A stretch of 64,000 nt of DNA from Anaeramoeba ignava BMAN (lineage: Eukaryota; Protista; Anaeramoebae). The notes under the pieces were generated by a model. The model had not been told where the DNA came from. It worked only from the letters and a program-made list of their open reading frames with translations, and did not search any database. The position numbers and the translations under genes were made by a program. Of the stretch, positions 26,865-40,800 are shown piece by piece; the first letter of the stretch is position 1; each line of letters opens with the position of its first letter. The stretch covers positions 72,324 through 136,323 of the forward strand of contig JAPDFW010000133.1 in NCBI GenBank assembly GCA_028826165.1. Reading direction: 5' to 3'.

Positions 26865-29800
26865 TTATTTTTTGCAAATATCTTCAAAAATAGAAGAATC
26901 TAATAAAAATGAAATATCTTCATTATTTTCAATAGTTTCATTATTTTCATTATTTCCAATATTTCCAATATTTAAATTTTGTTGATTTTTTTGAGGTGAT
27001 TTTGGTAATTTTTTAATTTGGATTTTCGGATCAATTTTTGGAATTGATAAAATGAAAGGATTTTGGGAAGAGTGTGTGACTTTTTCAATTTGATTTTGAT
27101 TTTGATTTTGATTTTGATTTTGATTTTGATTTTCAATTTGATTTTCAATTTGATTTTCAATTTGATTTTGATTTTGATTTTCAATTTGATTTTGATTTTG
27201 ATTTTGATTTTGATTTTCAATTTGATATTGATTTTGATTTTCAATTTGATTTTGATTTTGATTTTCAATTTGATTTTCAATTTGATTTTCAATTTGATTT
27301 TGATTTTGATTTTGATTTTGATTTTGATTTTGATTTTCAATTTGATTTTGATTTTGATTTTGATTTTGATTTTCAATTTGATTTTGATTTTGATTTTGAT
27401 TTTGATTTTCAATTTGATTTTGATTTTGATTTTGATTTTGATTTTCAATTTGATTTTGATTTTGATTTTGATTTTGATTTTCAATTTGATTTTGATTTTG
27501 ATTTTCAATTTGATTTTCAATTTGATTTTGATTTTGATTTTGATTTTGATTTTCAATTTGATTTTGATTTTGATTTTCAATTTGATTTTCAATTTGATTT
27601 TCAATTTGATTTTCAATTTGATTTTCAATTTGATTACTTTGATCTAAATTTAAAATATGTTTTAATGGTTGAAATTTTTCAAATTCTCCAAAATTAATTG
27701 GCAAATTTTGATTGGTTTGTGTTTTTGTATCTTTTCCAAAAATTTTCTTCAAATCTGAGAAATAGTTATTAATTTGAGGAAATTTAGTTGAAGGTGAAAA
27801 ATTAAATTTTAAATTTGTATTTAAATTTGTATTTAGATTTGTATTTAGATTTGTATTTAGATTTGGATTTAAATTTGGATTTAGATTTGTATTTAGATTT
27901 GGATTTAGATTTGGATTTAATTTTCTTCAAATTTGAGATTAAGATTTGGATTTAGATTTGTATTTAGATTTGTATTTAGATTTGGATTTAAATTTGGATT
28001 TAGATTTGTATTTAGATTTGGATTTAGATTTGGATTTAAATTTGGATTTAGATTTGTATTTAGATTTGGATTTAGATTTGTATTTAAATTAAAGGTTTTT
28101 AATTTTTGGGGAGAAAAAGATGAGATATCGTTTCCATTTTGATTATTAATAAAACTATCATTTGATTTAAAATTCAAATTTGGAAATAATTTTTCTGATA
28201 ATTGATGCTCATATATTTTTTTTTGAAGTTCTGAAAATCCATTTTGAGTATTAAATAAAGAGTTATTATTAAAGATGGAATTAAAATTTTGATTAAAGAA
28301 ATTTGGAAATGATTGAGATTGTTGTGGAAAATTTGAATGAATTTCATTTTCATTTTGAATTTGAATTTGATTTTGATTTTGAATTGGATTTTGAATAGGA
28401 TTTTGAATTGGATTTTGAATTGGATTTTGAATTGGATTTTGAATTGGATTTTGAATTGGATTTTGAATTGTATTTTGAATTGTATTTTGAATTGGATTTT
28501 GAATTGGATTTTGAATAGGATTTTGAATTTCGTTTTGAATTTGATTTTGAATTGGATTTTGAATTTGATTTTGAATTTCATTTTGAATTTGATTTTGAAT
28601 TGGATTTTGAATTGGATTTTGAATAGGATTTTGAATTTCGTTTTGAATTGGATTTTGAATAGGATTTTGAATTTGATTTTGAATAGGATTTTGAATTGCA
28701 TTTTGAATAGGATTTTGAATAGGATTTTGAATTTGATTTTGAATTTGATTTTGAATAGGATTTTGAATTTGATTTTGAATTTGATTTTGAATTGGATCTT
28801 GAATTGGATCTCGAATTGGATTTTGAATTTGATTTTGGTTTTCTTGATAAAAATTATTTGAAAAATAAAAATTTTGATTTTGTGAAGGAACTGGCAAAGA
28901 ATACTCATATTTTTGTGGTTGGTGAAGATTATTTAGCATATAATTTTGTGGAGAAGTTTCTAAAAGAGAATAGTCATAATTATTTGAGAAATTATTTTGT
29001 AAATTATGATAATTTGAATATATATTTTGTTGAGAAGGAATTAGCATCATTTCAATATAATTCCAATCAATATATCTTTTTTTTTGGTTGTCAAGTACAG
29101 TATGTGCTTTTGCTGGTTCTTTAAATGATACAAAAGCATCTTGTGTAAATCTTGATTTGTTTTGGAATGTTAAGTAAATTCCTTTAGGGTTGATTTTAAA
29201 TTGGTTGAATAAATGAACGATATCTGATACTTTTGAATAATAAGGAATATTTTTTAACATTAAAATTGAATTTTGTTGGAATCTAGAAAGAAATTGTTGA
29301 ACATCTGTTCTTTGTAATAATTCATTTGAAAATCCAAATTCTAAATGTGGTTTATAAATAGTAATTGCTTTAAATGAAATTTCTTCAATTTCTTTCCCTC
29401 TCAAAAATGCATAAGCAAATGCAAGTTCTCGATGATTATCGAAATAAACGTATGCAGACTTTTTCCTTTTGATAATTTGTATATTCGTAACTTTTCCAAA
29501 ACGTTCGCATATTTTTCGTATTCTTTCTTTTGTTGATTTTTGTGAGATTTTCTTAATCCAAAGTGTTTTACTATATTGAAAATCTCCATAATTTGTAAAA
29601 AATCCTGTAATTTCTCTGATATCTGCCTCAGAAATTTGGGATATCTTGATTGGAGTTGGGTTGCTTTTTGTAAATTTTTGATTTTTCATTTGATATTTTT
29701 TTTGATTTTGATTTATGATTTTCATTTTGATTTTGATTTTGATTTTGATTTTGATTTTGATTTTGATTTTGATTTTGAATTTGATATTGATTTTGATTTT

Positions 29801-32800
29801 GAATTTGATATTGATTTTGATATTGATTTCTATTTTGGTATTGATTTCTATTTTGATATTGATATTGATATTGATATTGATTTTTATATTGATTTTCTTG
29901 TTGAATATTTTTATTTGGTGATTTTGTTTTTTGATTTTGAATTTCATTTTGATTTTGATTTTGATTTTGATTTTGATTTTGATTTTGATTTTGATTTTGA
30001 TTTTGATTTTGATTTTGATTTTCTTGTTGAATATTTTTATTTGGTGATTTTGTTTTTTGATTTTCATTTTGAATTTGATTTTCTTTTTTAATATTTTTAT
30101 TTGTGATTTTGCTTTTTGATTTTGATTTTGATTTTGATTTTTATTTTGATTTTGATTTTCTTTTTTAATATTTTTATTTGGTGATTTTGTTTTTTGATTT
30201 TGAATTTGATTTTCTTGTTGAATATTTTTATTTGGTGATTTTGTTTTTTGATTTTCAATTTGAATTTTATTTTCTTTTTTAATATTTTTATTTTTATTTT
30301 TATTTTGATTTTGATTTTGATTTTGATTTTTATTTTGATTTTGAATTTTTTGATTTTCTTTTTTAATATTTTTATTTGGTGATTTTGTTTTTTGATTTTG
30401 ATTTTGATTTTCTTGTTGAATATTTTTATTTGGTGATTTTGTTTTTTGATTTTTATTTTGATTTTGATTTTGATTTTGGTTTTCATTTTGATTTTGATTT
30501 TTATTTTGATTTTGATTTTGATTTTGATTTTGATTTTTATTTTTGATTTTGATTTTTATTTTGATTTTCAGTTTCATTTTGATTTTGATTTTTATTTTGA
30601 TTTTTATTTTTATTTTGATTTTCATTTTGATTTTTATTTTGATTTTGATTTTTATTTTTATTTTGATTTTGATTTTGATTTTTATTTTTATTTTTGTTTT
30701 GATTTTGATTTTCTTTTTTAATATTTTTATTTGGTGATTTTGTTTTTTGATTTTTATTTTGATTTTGATTTTGATTTTGATTTTGATTTTGATTTTGATT
30801 TTGATTTTGATTTTGATTTTGATTTTGATTTTGATTTTGATTTTGATTTTGATTTTGATTTTGATTTTGGTTTTCATTTTCTTTTTTAATATTTTTATTT
30901 TCTGGTTTTTCTTGTTGATTTTGATTTTGATTTTGATTTTGATTTTGATTTTGATTTTGATTTTGATTTTGATTTTGATTTTGATTTTCATTTTGAATTT
31001 GATTTTCTTGTTGAATATTTTTATTTGGTGATTTTGTTTTTTGATTTTGATTTTGATTTTGATTTTGATTTTGATTTTGATTTTGATTTTGATTTTGGTT
31101 TTCATTTTCTTTTTTAATATTTTTATTTTCTGGTTTTTCTTGTTGATTTTGATTTTGATTTTGATTTTGATTTTGATTTTGATTTTGATTTTGATTTTGA
31201 TTTTTGATTTTGAATTTGATTTTCTTGTTGAATATTTTTATTTGGTGATTTTGTTTTTTGATTTTCAGTTTCATTTTGATTTTGATTTTGATTTTGATTT
31301 TGATTTGATTTTGTTTGTTGTCTATTTGGTGGTTTTGCTTTTTGATTTTTTCTTTGAATATATTTATTTTTGCGAATTTTTTTTCTGATCTTCTTTTTTC
31401 TTAAATTTTCCCTCTTTCTTTGGAGTTGCCGAAATTTTCTTGCTTCTGCTTCTTTTCTTTTTGCTTCTTCTTCTTCTTCTTGCCTCTTCTTATTTTGTCT
31501 TGACCGTTCTTCCCTTTCAATTTTTCTGATTTCATTATTCAAAGAATTAATTTGTTGATTAATTTGGGATTTTTCTTCTTTTAAAAATTGTTTTATTTGC
31601 TTTGTTAAATTTTGAATTTCTAAAAATTTTTGTTTTTCCACAAAAGGAATAAATTCAAAATCATCTCTAAATTCTTCCTCAACTAAAGTTATACGATATA
31701 AATTTGAAATTTGAAGAATAAATAACTTGGAAATCGTGATTATGAATGCTGTATATATTTCATATTCCTCGGAACTAATTTTTTCAAGCTTCAATTTCCT
31801 TGAAATAACCTCTTCGTGTTTTTGGTATAAAATATTTTGAATATCTTGGGGAAAATTTTTTGGAATTTTAATATTTTTCTGATCTTCCATTTTGGGTTTC
31901 TTAAAATTTTGAATAGGTTTTATAGAAGGATTTGATATTTCATAAAGTTGTGAAAGAAGATGAAGAAAATCTTCTAGCTTAACATTTTCCAAATTTGAAA
32001 TTGTAAAATAATAATCTATTTCTGATTCTGAGGAATCTTTGGATTCGTTGAATTTTTTGGATAAATTTTCATTTTCATTTTCATTTTCATTTTCACTTTC
32101 ACTTTCATTTTCATTTTTAATTTCATTTTCATTTTCATTTTCAATTTCAATTATTTTTGGATTTTGAGATAATAGAACAATGTCAAATTGTTTGTAAAAG
32201 GGAAGCGAAAATACTGGATTGTTATGTAAATCTAAATTGTCAATATTTTCCAAGATATTTTTTGTTGTTTCTTTTTTGAATTTATGACTAAGAATATTAA
32301 AAATCTTAGTTTTTTTTGTATGAAAAATATTTGATAAAGATTGGAAAATTTCTTTTGGTAAAATTTGAAGTAATTTCTCAAGAGCGAATTGATTGAAGTT
32401 ATTTTTGATAAATTCAAAAATAATATCTTTTGGAGTTGTAATTGAATCCCAGAATTTTGTTTGCAATTCAAAAATTTTTTTCTTTTGTTCATTTTGAACC
32501 TGTTCTTCTTCCTTTATTTTATTTTGAACTTCAATCAATAATTTTTGAGCATCTTTATTATTTTGATCTTTTTGTAAAATAAATACAAGATCTAAAAAGA
32601 AAAAAAAAAATTTTTTTTTTTGGGAATTTACAAAAAAATATCAAAAATAATTATTTATTACCTTGTTCAGCAAAACTAGGTTTATTTGTTAAATAATAAG
32701 CTTTAGCTCTTCTGAATCTCGCTTTAAGATATTCAGGATTTAAATGAAGAGAAAGATTGCATAATTGAATTACTCTTTGATAATCTTGAAGTTGTAAAAA

Positions 32801-35608
32801 ACATGCTGCTTGATTTGCTAAAATTACAGACCTTTCTTTGTGAAATTCAAGAGGAGCAATTCTTAAAGATTTTGTATAATAAAAAATTGCATTTTCCCAA
32901 TCCTTTTGTTTGAAAAACTCATTTCCAGTTTGTTTAAATTCAAGAGCTTGATCAAGCTTAATTAAATTAAAATTAAAATTAAAATTAAAATTAAAATTAA
33001 AATTAATAAGATGATTTGCGCTTGATTGTGATTTCAATTACCAAAGATAAATTTATCAGATTTGATTCATCTTCACTTTCAAAATGATCATCTAAATCAG
33101 AATCATTTTGTTTTTCTTCATTTGGATTTTCTTGAATGGGTTCATTAAAATTATTCTCCAAAATTTTATTCAAAATTTCTGTTTCGTTTCTAATATCAAG
33201 AAAGTTTTCATTTTCAATTTCTTGATCAAAATCATCTTCACTATTAGAATATTGATATTCCTTTATATCATTAATATCAATATCAATATCAATATTATCA
33301 ATATTATCATCATTATCATCATCATCATCACCATCACTAATTCCATAAAACATTGTAAATCGTGTTTGATTTACATCATAATCATTTCCATTATAATCAT
33401 CATAATCATAATCATCATCATATTCATATTCATAATCATAATCATCACCATCAACTTGAAGTTTAGCTTTTTGATTTAAATGAAAAAAACGGTCTGTTTC
33501 TTCTGCAAAAGAAACATGATCCAAATCCAAATCTTGACTTTCAAAATCACTACTCAATTCTTTTTCATCATCACCAGAATTAGTATATTCATACTCATAT
33601 TTGGATATATTTGGATTTGCTTTTTTCCTTCTTTTTGATATACTTTCATCACTTTCCTGCATGATTTGTTTGAAAATTTTTTCGATTTCTGGCTCTTGAT
33701 TTTTATTTTGTTCCATATTACTGATATTGTTGAGAAAAGCGAAAATATTCTCCAGGAATTTTTGTGGATCATCCTTGACTTTGTCCAATTCTTCAATTTC
33801 CTCTCGCATTATTTGCTTAGTATTTTTTTCATCCATTCTATTTTGTTTTTGTTTTTGTTTTTGTTTTTGGTTTTGGTTTTTGCATTTAAAATTTCCCACT
33901 CAATATTTTCTTCGTTGACAATTTTCTGTTTAGGTGGTGTGATTACCAATCCTTCTTCTATTGTTGATATGAAATCCATAAATTTAGTCTGAAAATATTT
34001 TGATCTTATTGCCGATAACTCTGTTAAAAATTGAATAGGCTTTTGTAGTTCTTCTGGCGGTTGATCATGAAATTGGAAAAATGGATCATTGTAAAAATTT
34101 TTGTCAATTTGGGAAAAATTGATTTCCTTTGGGTTCACTAAAGGAGGAAGAGAAGGGAAGTTTTGGCTTGCGATTTGAACATGATTTATGTTATAATGTT
34201 TTTGTGAGGTGTATAAATTAAATGCAATATCAAGCCAGGTGATAAAATAGGGATTTTTGTACCAATGAGCAAAATGATGCCAAACATATTCAATTGCTTC
34301 ATTTTCTTTTGAATAATTTTTAATTTTTGGGAGATTGACAGGCAAATTGGATTTTCCCAATAAAAAAAGAGGAACATGTATATTAAATTGGAATGCTTCC
34401 TTCAAATTATTATTTGCAGTAAATATCATTGTTTCCAAGTTTTTATCAGATAGATCACTCAGTTGATCTAATGCTGCGAGTTCAACAAGAGAAAGAAGTT
34501 TTTCTTTTGGAGATATTTTGTTGATATTTAAGGTATTTGCGAAATTTTCATCAGTTTGTTTTTGTCTTGATTCCAAAAAATCGCAAACTTTTTTCATGTT
34601 TAGAAGAGCGGTTGTATATTTCCAAGTTGTAGATAAATCATTTGCATATTGTTTGATAATTAGCTCTACATCTTGGAATCGGTTGAATTCAAGAAGTATT
34701 GTTACTATATAATGTCTAATTCCCATTAAGTCAATATAAGATAAGCTGAGTAATTCATAATATTCTTTTAGAGCCTCTTCTTTTCTATTGCAACCTTTCC
34801 AAAGACCTTATTAAAATAAATATTAAAATATTAAAATAAATTAAATATTAAATTAAATAATAAATTAAATATTAAATTAAATATTAAAATAAATATTAAA
34901 TTAAATGTTAAATTAAATATTAAATTAAATATTTAAATATTAAAATAAATATTAAATTAAATATTAAATTAAATATTAAATCAAATATTAAAATAAATAT
35001 TAAATTAAATATTAAATTAAATATTAAAATAAATAATAAATTAAATATTAAATTAAATATTAAATTAAATATTAAAATAAATAATAAATATTAAAATAAA
35101 TATTAAATTAAATGTTAAAGTGAAATAAATTTCTTTGTAAATTTTTCAAATTGAAAAGAAGATTTGTTGAAAACATCCTTCTTAATAACATACACCAAGC
35201 AAACGCATATTTTGATTTCATATAAACACGAGTTTTTGGATCAAACCAAAATAACTCAATTTTTTTGTGTAAAATTTCTTCTTCAATTTTTTGTTGAGAA
35301 ATATTAACTGCTTTTTGAAAATATTTTAATGCTTGTTTTGGTTGTTTTGCTTCATTTCCTAAAACAATTATTGCTTCAACAAATTGAGGATCAATTTCCA
35401 AAATTGTATTTGCTAATTTGATTCTTTTATGACTTGATTTTTCTTGATAAATTTGCTTTTGAATTTTATTACATTCAAATTCAATTTTTTTTTGATGCTT
35501 TAATAAAGTTTTTTGAATGCTTTCTTGATTTTCGGAATTTGAAGTTGTTTGAATTGTATTTTGTTGTTTATCGTTTTTTTCTAGATTTTTTGTAATATTT
35601 TCTAACAT
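26865..35608 (-). CDS. Probable single giant gene: ST7-like TPR domain + acidic linker + TTC1-like TPRs + coiled coil + SPNK/NQ repeats + two RRMs + Q/N/P repeats
   Basis: In-phase introns 35193-34807, 33041-32957 and 32661-32592. The remaining ORF breaks (~33880, 29700-31200, ~27920) lie in homopolymer or hexamer repeats. TPR FKQTGNEFFKQKDWENAIFYYTKSL..ERSVILANQAAC; RRMs TLWIKKI..SAYVYF and ILMLKNIPY..DAFVSF. Could instead be two genes split at ~33850. Confidence 0.65.
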
Positions 35609-35764
35609 AATAATGTATTCAAAAAAATAAATGAGAAAAAAGGAAAAGGAAAAGAAAAAAAAGAAAAAAAATGAAAAAAAAAATTTTTTAAAAGAAAAAA
35701 AAAGGAAAAAAAAATTTTAATTTTAATTTTGATTTTGATTTTGATTTTAATTTTGATTTTGATT

Positions 35765-37549
35765 TTAATTATTAAATTTGTTAATTAATAAATCAAATAA
35801 ATTTGGATATGTTTGATTTAATTGAAAATAATCAATTCCAATTTTAATTTCATTAATTATTTCTTGTGTAATTTGAATATCATCTTTAATTTGATTTGAA
35901 TAAATCCAATATTCAAATATTTGAAATGATTTATTACTTAATTCACTATAATCTGTAACTTTATTAGATTTATCATTTGTTACAGATAAAAACATTCCTC
36001 GATATAATTCACTTCTCATTATTAATATTAATTTAGGAAATTTATATTGTTTTTCTTTTCTTTCAATTATAAAATCTTTTTCATTTTCATTTTCATTTTC
36101 ATTTAAATAAATTCTTTTAATTGTTTCTTCAATTTTTTCATTTAAATTTATAATTTCTTTAATTTCAGAATATAATTTTGGATTTATTTTTTTGTTTGAA
36201 TAAATCATTTCAAATATTTGATTTGATTCTTTAATTGATTTTTTTGAAATAATTTCTTGAAGTTTTTCAATTTCATTTTGATTTTGTTTTAATCTATATT
36301 TCAATATTAATTTATGAGCTTCAATTATTTCTCCATTTTTGGTTTTAAATGAAATATTACAAAATTCTTTTCTTTCAAATAGTTTTATCAAATCTTCTTC
36401 AATATTGGAAAAAGAAGAAGGAGAATAATAAAGAAATGATTTGTAATATCCACAAGAAATATGATAATTAGAAATATTTTCATTAAATCTTAATTTAGGA
36501 AGTTCAATTTGAATTGGAATTAATTGATCTTTTGTATTTCCAGTTCCTAATTGACCATCAGAATTACTTCCAAATACAATTAATTTTGAATTAGAAGTTA
36601 AAATCAAAGTATGAGCATTTCCAACAGAAAAATCAATAATAATATCATTTTCAAATAAAGATGATTTGATTTCAGTAAATTCATAAGTATTGTAATATTC
36701 TTTTTTGCCAAGTCCATTCCGGCGATGATTTCCACATGAATAAAGTTTTCTTTTTGTATTTTCATTTTCATTTTCATTTTCAATCAACATTATTGAAAAA
36801 ATATATCCAGATTGAATATCAATTATTTTGCCTTTTGGAATATTTTGGATTTTGGTTAATTTTTGGATTTCTGTTTCTTCTTTTCTTGATTCTCCTAATC
36901 CAATTTGACCAAAATAATTAAATCCGCATCCAAATAATTCTTGATTTGAATTTAAAAGAAAAACATGAGCTGAAGTATTTCCTGAAAATATTTTAGAAAC
37001 ATTTTTCATCATTAAAATTGGTTTTTTTGTTTCTTTAAGTGTTTTAGAATCAAAACCAAGTTGACCAAATTTATTTAAACCAATTCCATAAACATTTTGA
37101 TTTGAAGTTAACAAGTAAATTGAATCGTATCCAGAAACAATATCTTGAATTATTCTATCATTTTTATCTTCAATTAATGATGAAATATTGATAAATTCAT
37201 TTTGAATTATTTGGATTAATATCTTTCTTCCTTTGGCAAATACATTTCCTTCTTTTGTTAAAATAGCTTCATTATCATAACCAACAGTTACTTTTTGAAT
37301 ATTTTCATCAATTTGGATTTTTTCAGGATTTTGTTTTGAATCATTTTCATTTAAATATTCTATTGCTTTTCCATTTTCAAAAAGGAAAATTGTTGAATAT
37401 CTTCCTGATGAAATTTGTTTAATTTGTTTTTCATTTTCATTTTCATTTTCATTTTCAAATTTAAATTGAATTGGTTTTTTTATTAAATATGATTTATTTT
37501 TGATAAGTTTTGGTTTTTCATTTTCACCAAAAAATAAACAATCATTCAT
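35765..37549 (-). CDS. RCC1-repeat protein with C-terminal tandem BTB-like domains
   Basis: RCC1 blades GLNKFGQLG, GFNYFGQIGLG, GNAHTLIL..GSNSDGQLG; IEAHKLILKYR and FPKLILIMRSELYRGMF. Real ATG at 37549 (MNDCLFFGE). Confidence 0.88.
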   Translation of the reverse strand: MNDCLFFGENEKPKLIKNKSYLIKKPIQFKFENENENENEKQIKQISSGRYSTIFLFENGKAIEYLNENDSKQNPEKIQIDENIQKVTVGYDNEAILTKEGNVFAKGRKILIQIIQNEFINISSLIEDKNDRIIQDIVSGYDSIYLLTSNQNVYGIGLNKFGQLGFDSKTLKETKKPILMMKNVSKIFSGNTSAHVFLLNSNQELFGCGFNYFGQIGLGESRKEETEIQKLTKIQNIPKGKIIDIQSGYIFSIMLIENENENENTKRKLYSCGNHRRNGLGKKEYYNTYEFTEIKSSLFENDIIIDFSVGNAHTLILTSNSKLIVFGSNSDGQLGTGNTKDQLIPIQIELPKLRFNENISNYHISCGYYKSFLYYSPSSFSNIEEDLIKLFERKEFCNISFKTKNGEIIEAHKLILKYRLKQNQNEIEKLQEIISKKSIKESNQIFEMIYSNKKINPKLYSEIKEIINLNEKIEETIKRIYLNENENENEKDFIIERKEKQYKFPKLILIMRSELYRGMFLSVTNDKSNKVTDYSELSNKSFQIFEYWIYSNQIKDDIQITQEIINEIKIGIDYFQLNQTYPNLFDLLINKFNN

Positions 37550-37803
37550 TTTTGAAAAAAAAAATGAAAAATGAAAAATGAATTTTTTGATTTTAATTTT
37601 AATTTTAATTTTAAATTTGATTTTTATTTTAATTTTAATTTTGATTTTCATTTTGATTTTAATTTTAATTTTAATTTTAATTTTAATTTTAATTTTAATT
37701 TTAATTTTAATTATAATTTTAATTCTAATTTTAATTTTGATTTTGATTTTAATTTTAATTATTAATTTTAATTTTAATTTTGATTTTAATTTTCATTTTA
37801 ATT

Positions 37804-40800
37804 TTAATTTTCATCATTTTCATCATTTTCATCATTTTTATCATTTTTATCATTTTCATCATTTTTATCATTTTCATCATTTTTATCATTTTCATCACTT
37901 TTATCATTTTCATCATTTTCATCATTTTCATCATTTTCATCATTTTCATCATTTTTATCACTTTTATCATTTTCATCATTTTTATCATTTTCATCATTTT
38001 CATCATTTTCACTTTCACTTTCATAATTAAATAAAGTTAAACTTTTTGGATTTTGAACCAAATTATCTTTTTTTGGAATAGACTTTCTTTGTTTAATTTG
38101 AAAATTAACAGGAAGTTTTTGAGCAGATCTTTTTAATTCACTTTTTCTAATTAATTGACGAAAAATAGAAGTTTTATTTTCTTGATTATCTTGAATTTTT
38201 CTAACTTTTCCAAAATGAATATTTGCAAGAATTTTTTCCATTTCATCTTCAAAAGCTTTTCCTAAATCTTTTTCTTTTTGTTCGAATAATTCAACAATTT
38301 GTTTGTGTTCTAATTGATTATATTCTTGGTTTATTGCTCGAATTTCATCAAGAAGATCTAAAGTATCCATTTCTTTTTTTGATTCTTTTGTTCTATTTTC
38401 AAGCATTGTCATTACATCTCCTTCTGCTTCTTTTTCTTCTTCTTCTCTTCTTTCTTCAATTACTTGATGTTCCTATTTTAATTTTTTATCCGATTTTAAT
38501 TTTAATTTTTAATTTTAATTTTAATTTTAATTTTAATTTTTAATTTTAATTTTAATTTTAATTTTAATTTTAATTTTAATTTTAATTTTAATTTTAATTT
38601 TAATTTTATAAATAATTTTTAATTTTAATTTTAATTTTATAAATAATTTTAATTTTAATTTTAATTTTATTTTTAATTATAAATTTAATTTTAATTTTAA
38701 TTTTTAATTTTAATTTGATTTAATTACTTTCCAAGGTTCAAAACCTCTTGTTGCACCAAATTCACAAACATAATCTGAATTTTTTGGATCTGTTTTAATT
38801 GTGATTTCACTTGCACATCGGCAACATCGGATATAAAAACGGAAAATTTTAATTCCTAAATAAGATTCACCAGTAACAGTTTCTTTTCTGGCATTAAATT
38901 TCTTTCCAATTCCAAGATATTCACCACAAGTTTTGCAACAGATACTCATTGGAAGCATCATTCGCACTTTTATTTGCTTGTGTGGATCTTTTAGTTTTGC
39001 ATGCGAAAGTATTCGAGGATTAAAATCTGGCTGTTTTATTTTAAATTAAATTTATTTAATAAATTGTTTTTTGGTTAGTTTTGAATATTAAATTTAGTTG
39101 ATATTTTTTTTTGGTTTTAAGTTTAAAGGAAATTCCTAAATGTATAATTTTTATTGATTTAATTATAAATATAATTATAAATTTCATTATAAATATAATT
39201 ACAAATATAATTATTAATTTAATTATAAATTTTATTATAAATATAATTATAAATTTAATTATAAATATTATTATAAATATAATTATAAAGAAAATTATAA
39301 ATTTAATTATAAATTTAATTATAAATTCAATTATAAATTTAATTATAAATATAATTATAAATATAATTATAAATATAATTATAAATTTAATTATAAATTT
39401 AATTTTAAATTTAATTATATATTTCATTATAAATATAATTATAAATTTAATTATAAATATAATTATAAATATAATTATAAATATAAATATAAATTTCATT
39501 ATAAATATAATTATAAATATAATTATAAATTTAATTATAAATTTAATTTTAAATTTAATTACAAATTTAATTATAAATTTAATTATAAATTTAATTATAA
39601 ATATAATTATATATTTCATTATATTTTTAATTATAAATTTAATTATATATTTCATTATAAATATAATTATAAATTTAATTATAAATTTAATTATAAATAT
39701 AATTATATATTTAATTATAAATTTAATTATAAATATAATTATATATTTAATTATAAATTTAATTATAAATTTAATTATAAATTTAATTATAAATATAATT
39801 ATATATTTCATTATAAATATAATTATAAATTTAATTATAAATTTAATTATAAATATAATTATATATTTAATTATAAATTTAATTATAAATATAATTATAT
39901 ATTTAATTATAAATATAATTATATATTTAATTATAAATTTAATTATAAATATAATTATAAATTTAATTATAAATTTAATTATAAATTTAATTATAAATAT
40001 AATTATAAATATAATTATAAATATAATTATAAATTTAATTATAAATTTAATTATAAATATAATTATAAATTTAATTATAAATTTAATTATAAATATAATT
40101 ATAAATTTAATTATAAATTTAATTATAAATAAAATTATAAATTTAATTATAAATTTAATTATAAATTTAATTATAAATTTAATTATAAATTTAATTATAA
40201 ATATAATTATAAATATAATTATAAATATAATTATAAATTTAATTATAAATTTAATTATAAATATAATTATAAATTTAATTATAAATATAATTATATATTT
40301 CATTATAAATATAATTATAAATTTTAATTATAAATATAATAAATTATAAATATAATTATAAATTTAATTATAAATTTAATTATAAATATAATTATAAATT
40401 TAATTATAAATTTAATTATAAATTTAATTATAAATTTAATTACAAATTTAATTATAAATTTAATTATAAATTTAATTACAAATTTAATTATAAATTTAAT
40501 TATAAATATAATTATAAATTTAATTATAAATATAATTATAAATTTAATTATAAATTTAATTATAAATATAATTATAAATATAATTATAAATTTAATTACA
40601 AATTTAATTATAAATTTAATTACAAATATAATTATAAATTTAATTATAAATATAATTATAAATATAATTGTAAATTTAATTATAAATTTAATTATAAATA
40701 AAATTATAAATTTAATTATAAATAAAATTATAAATTTAATTATAAATTTAATTATAAATATAATTATAAAAATTAATTATAAATATAATTATAAATATAA

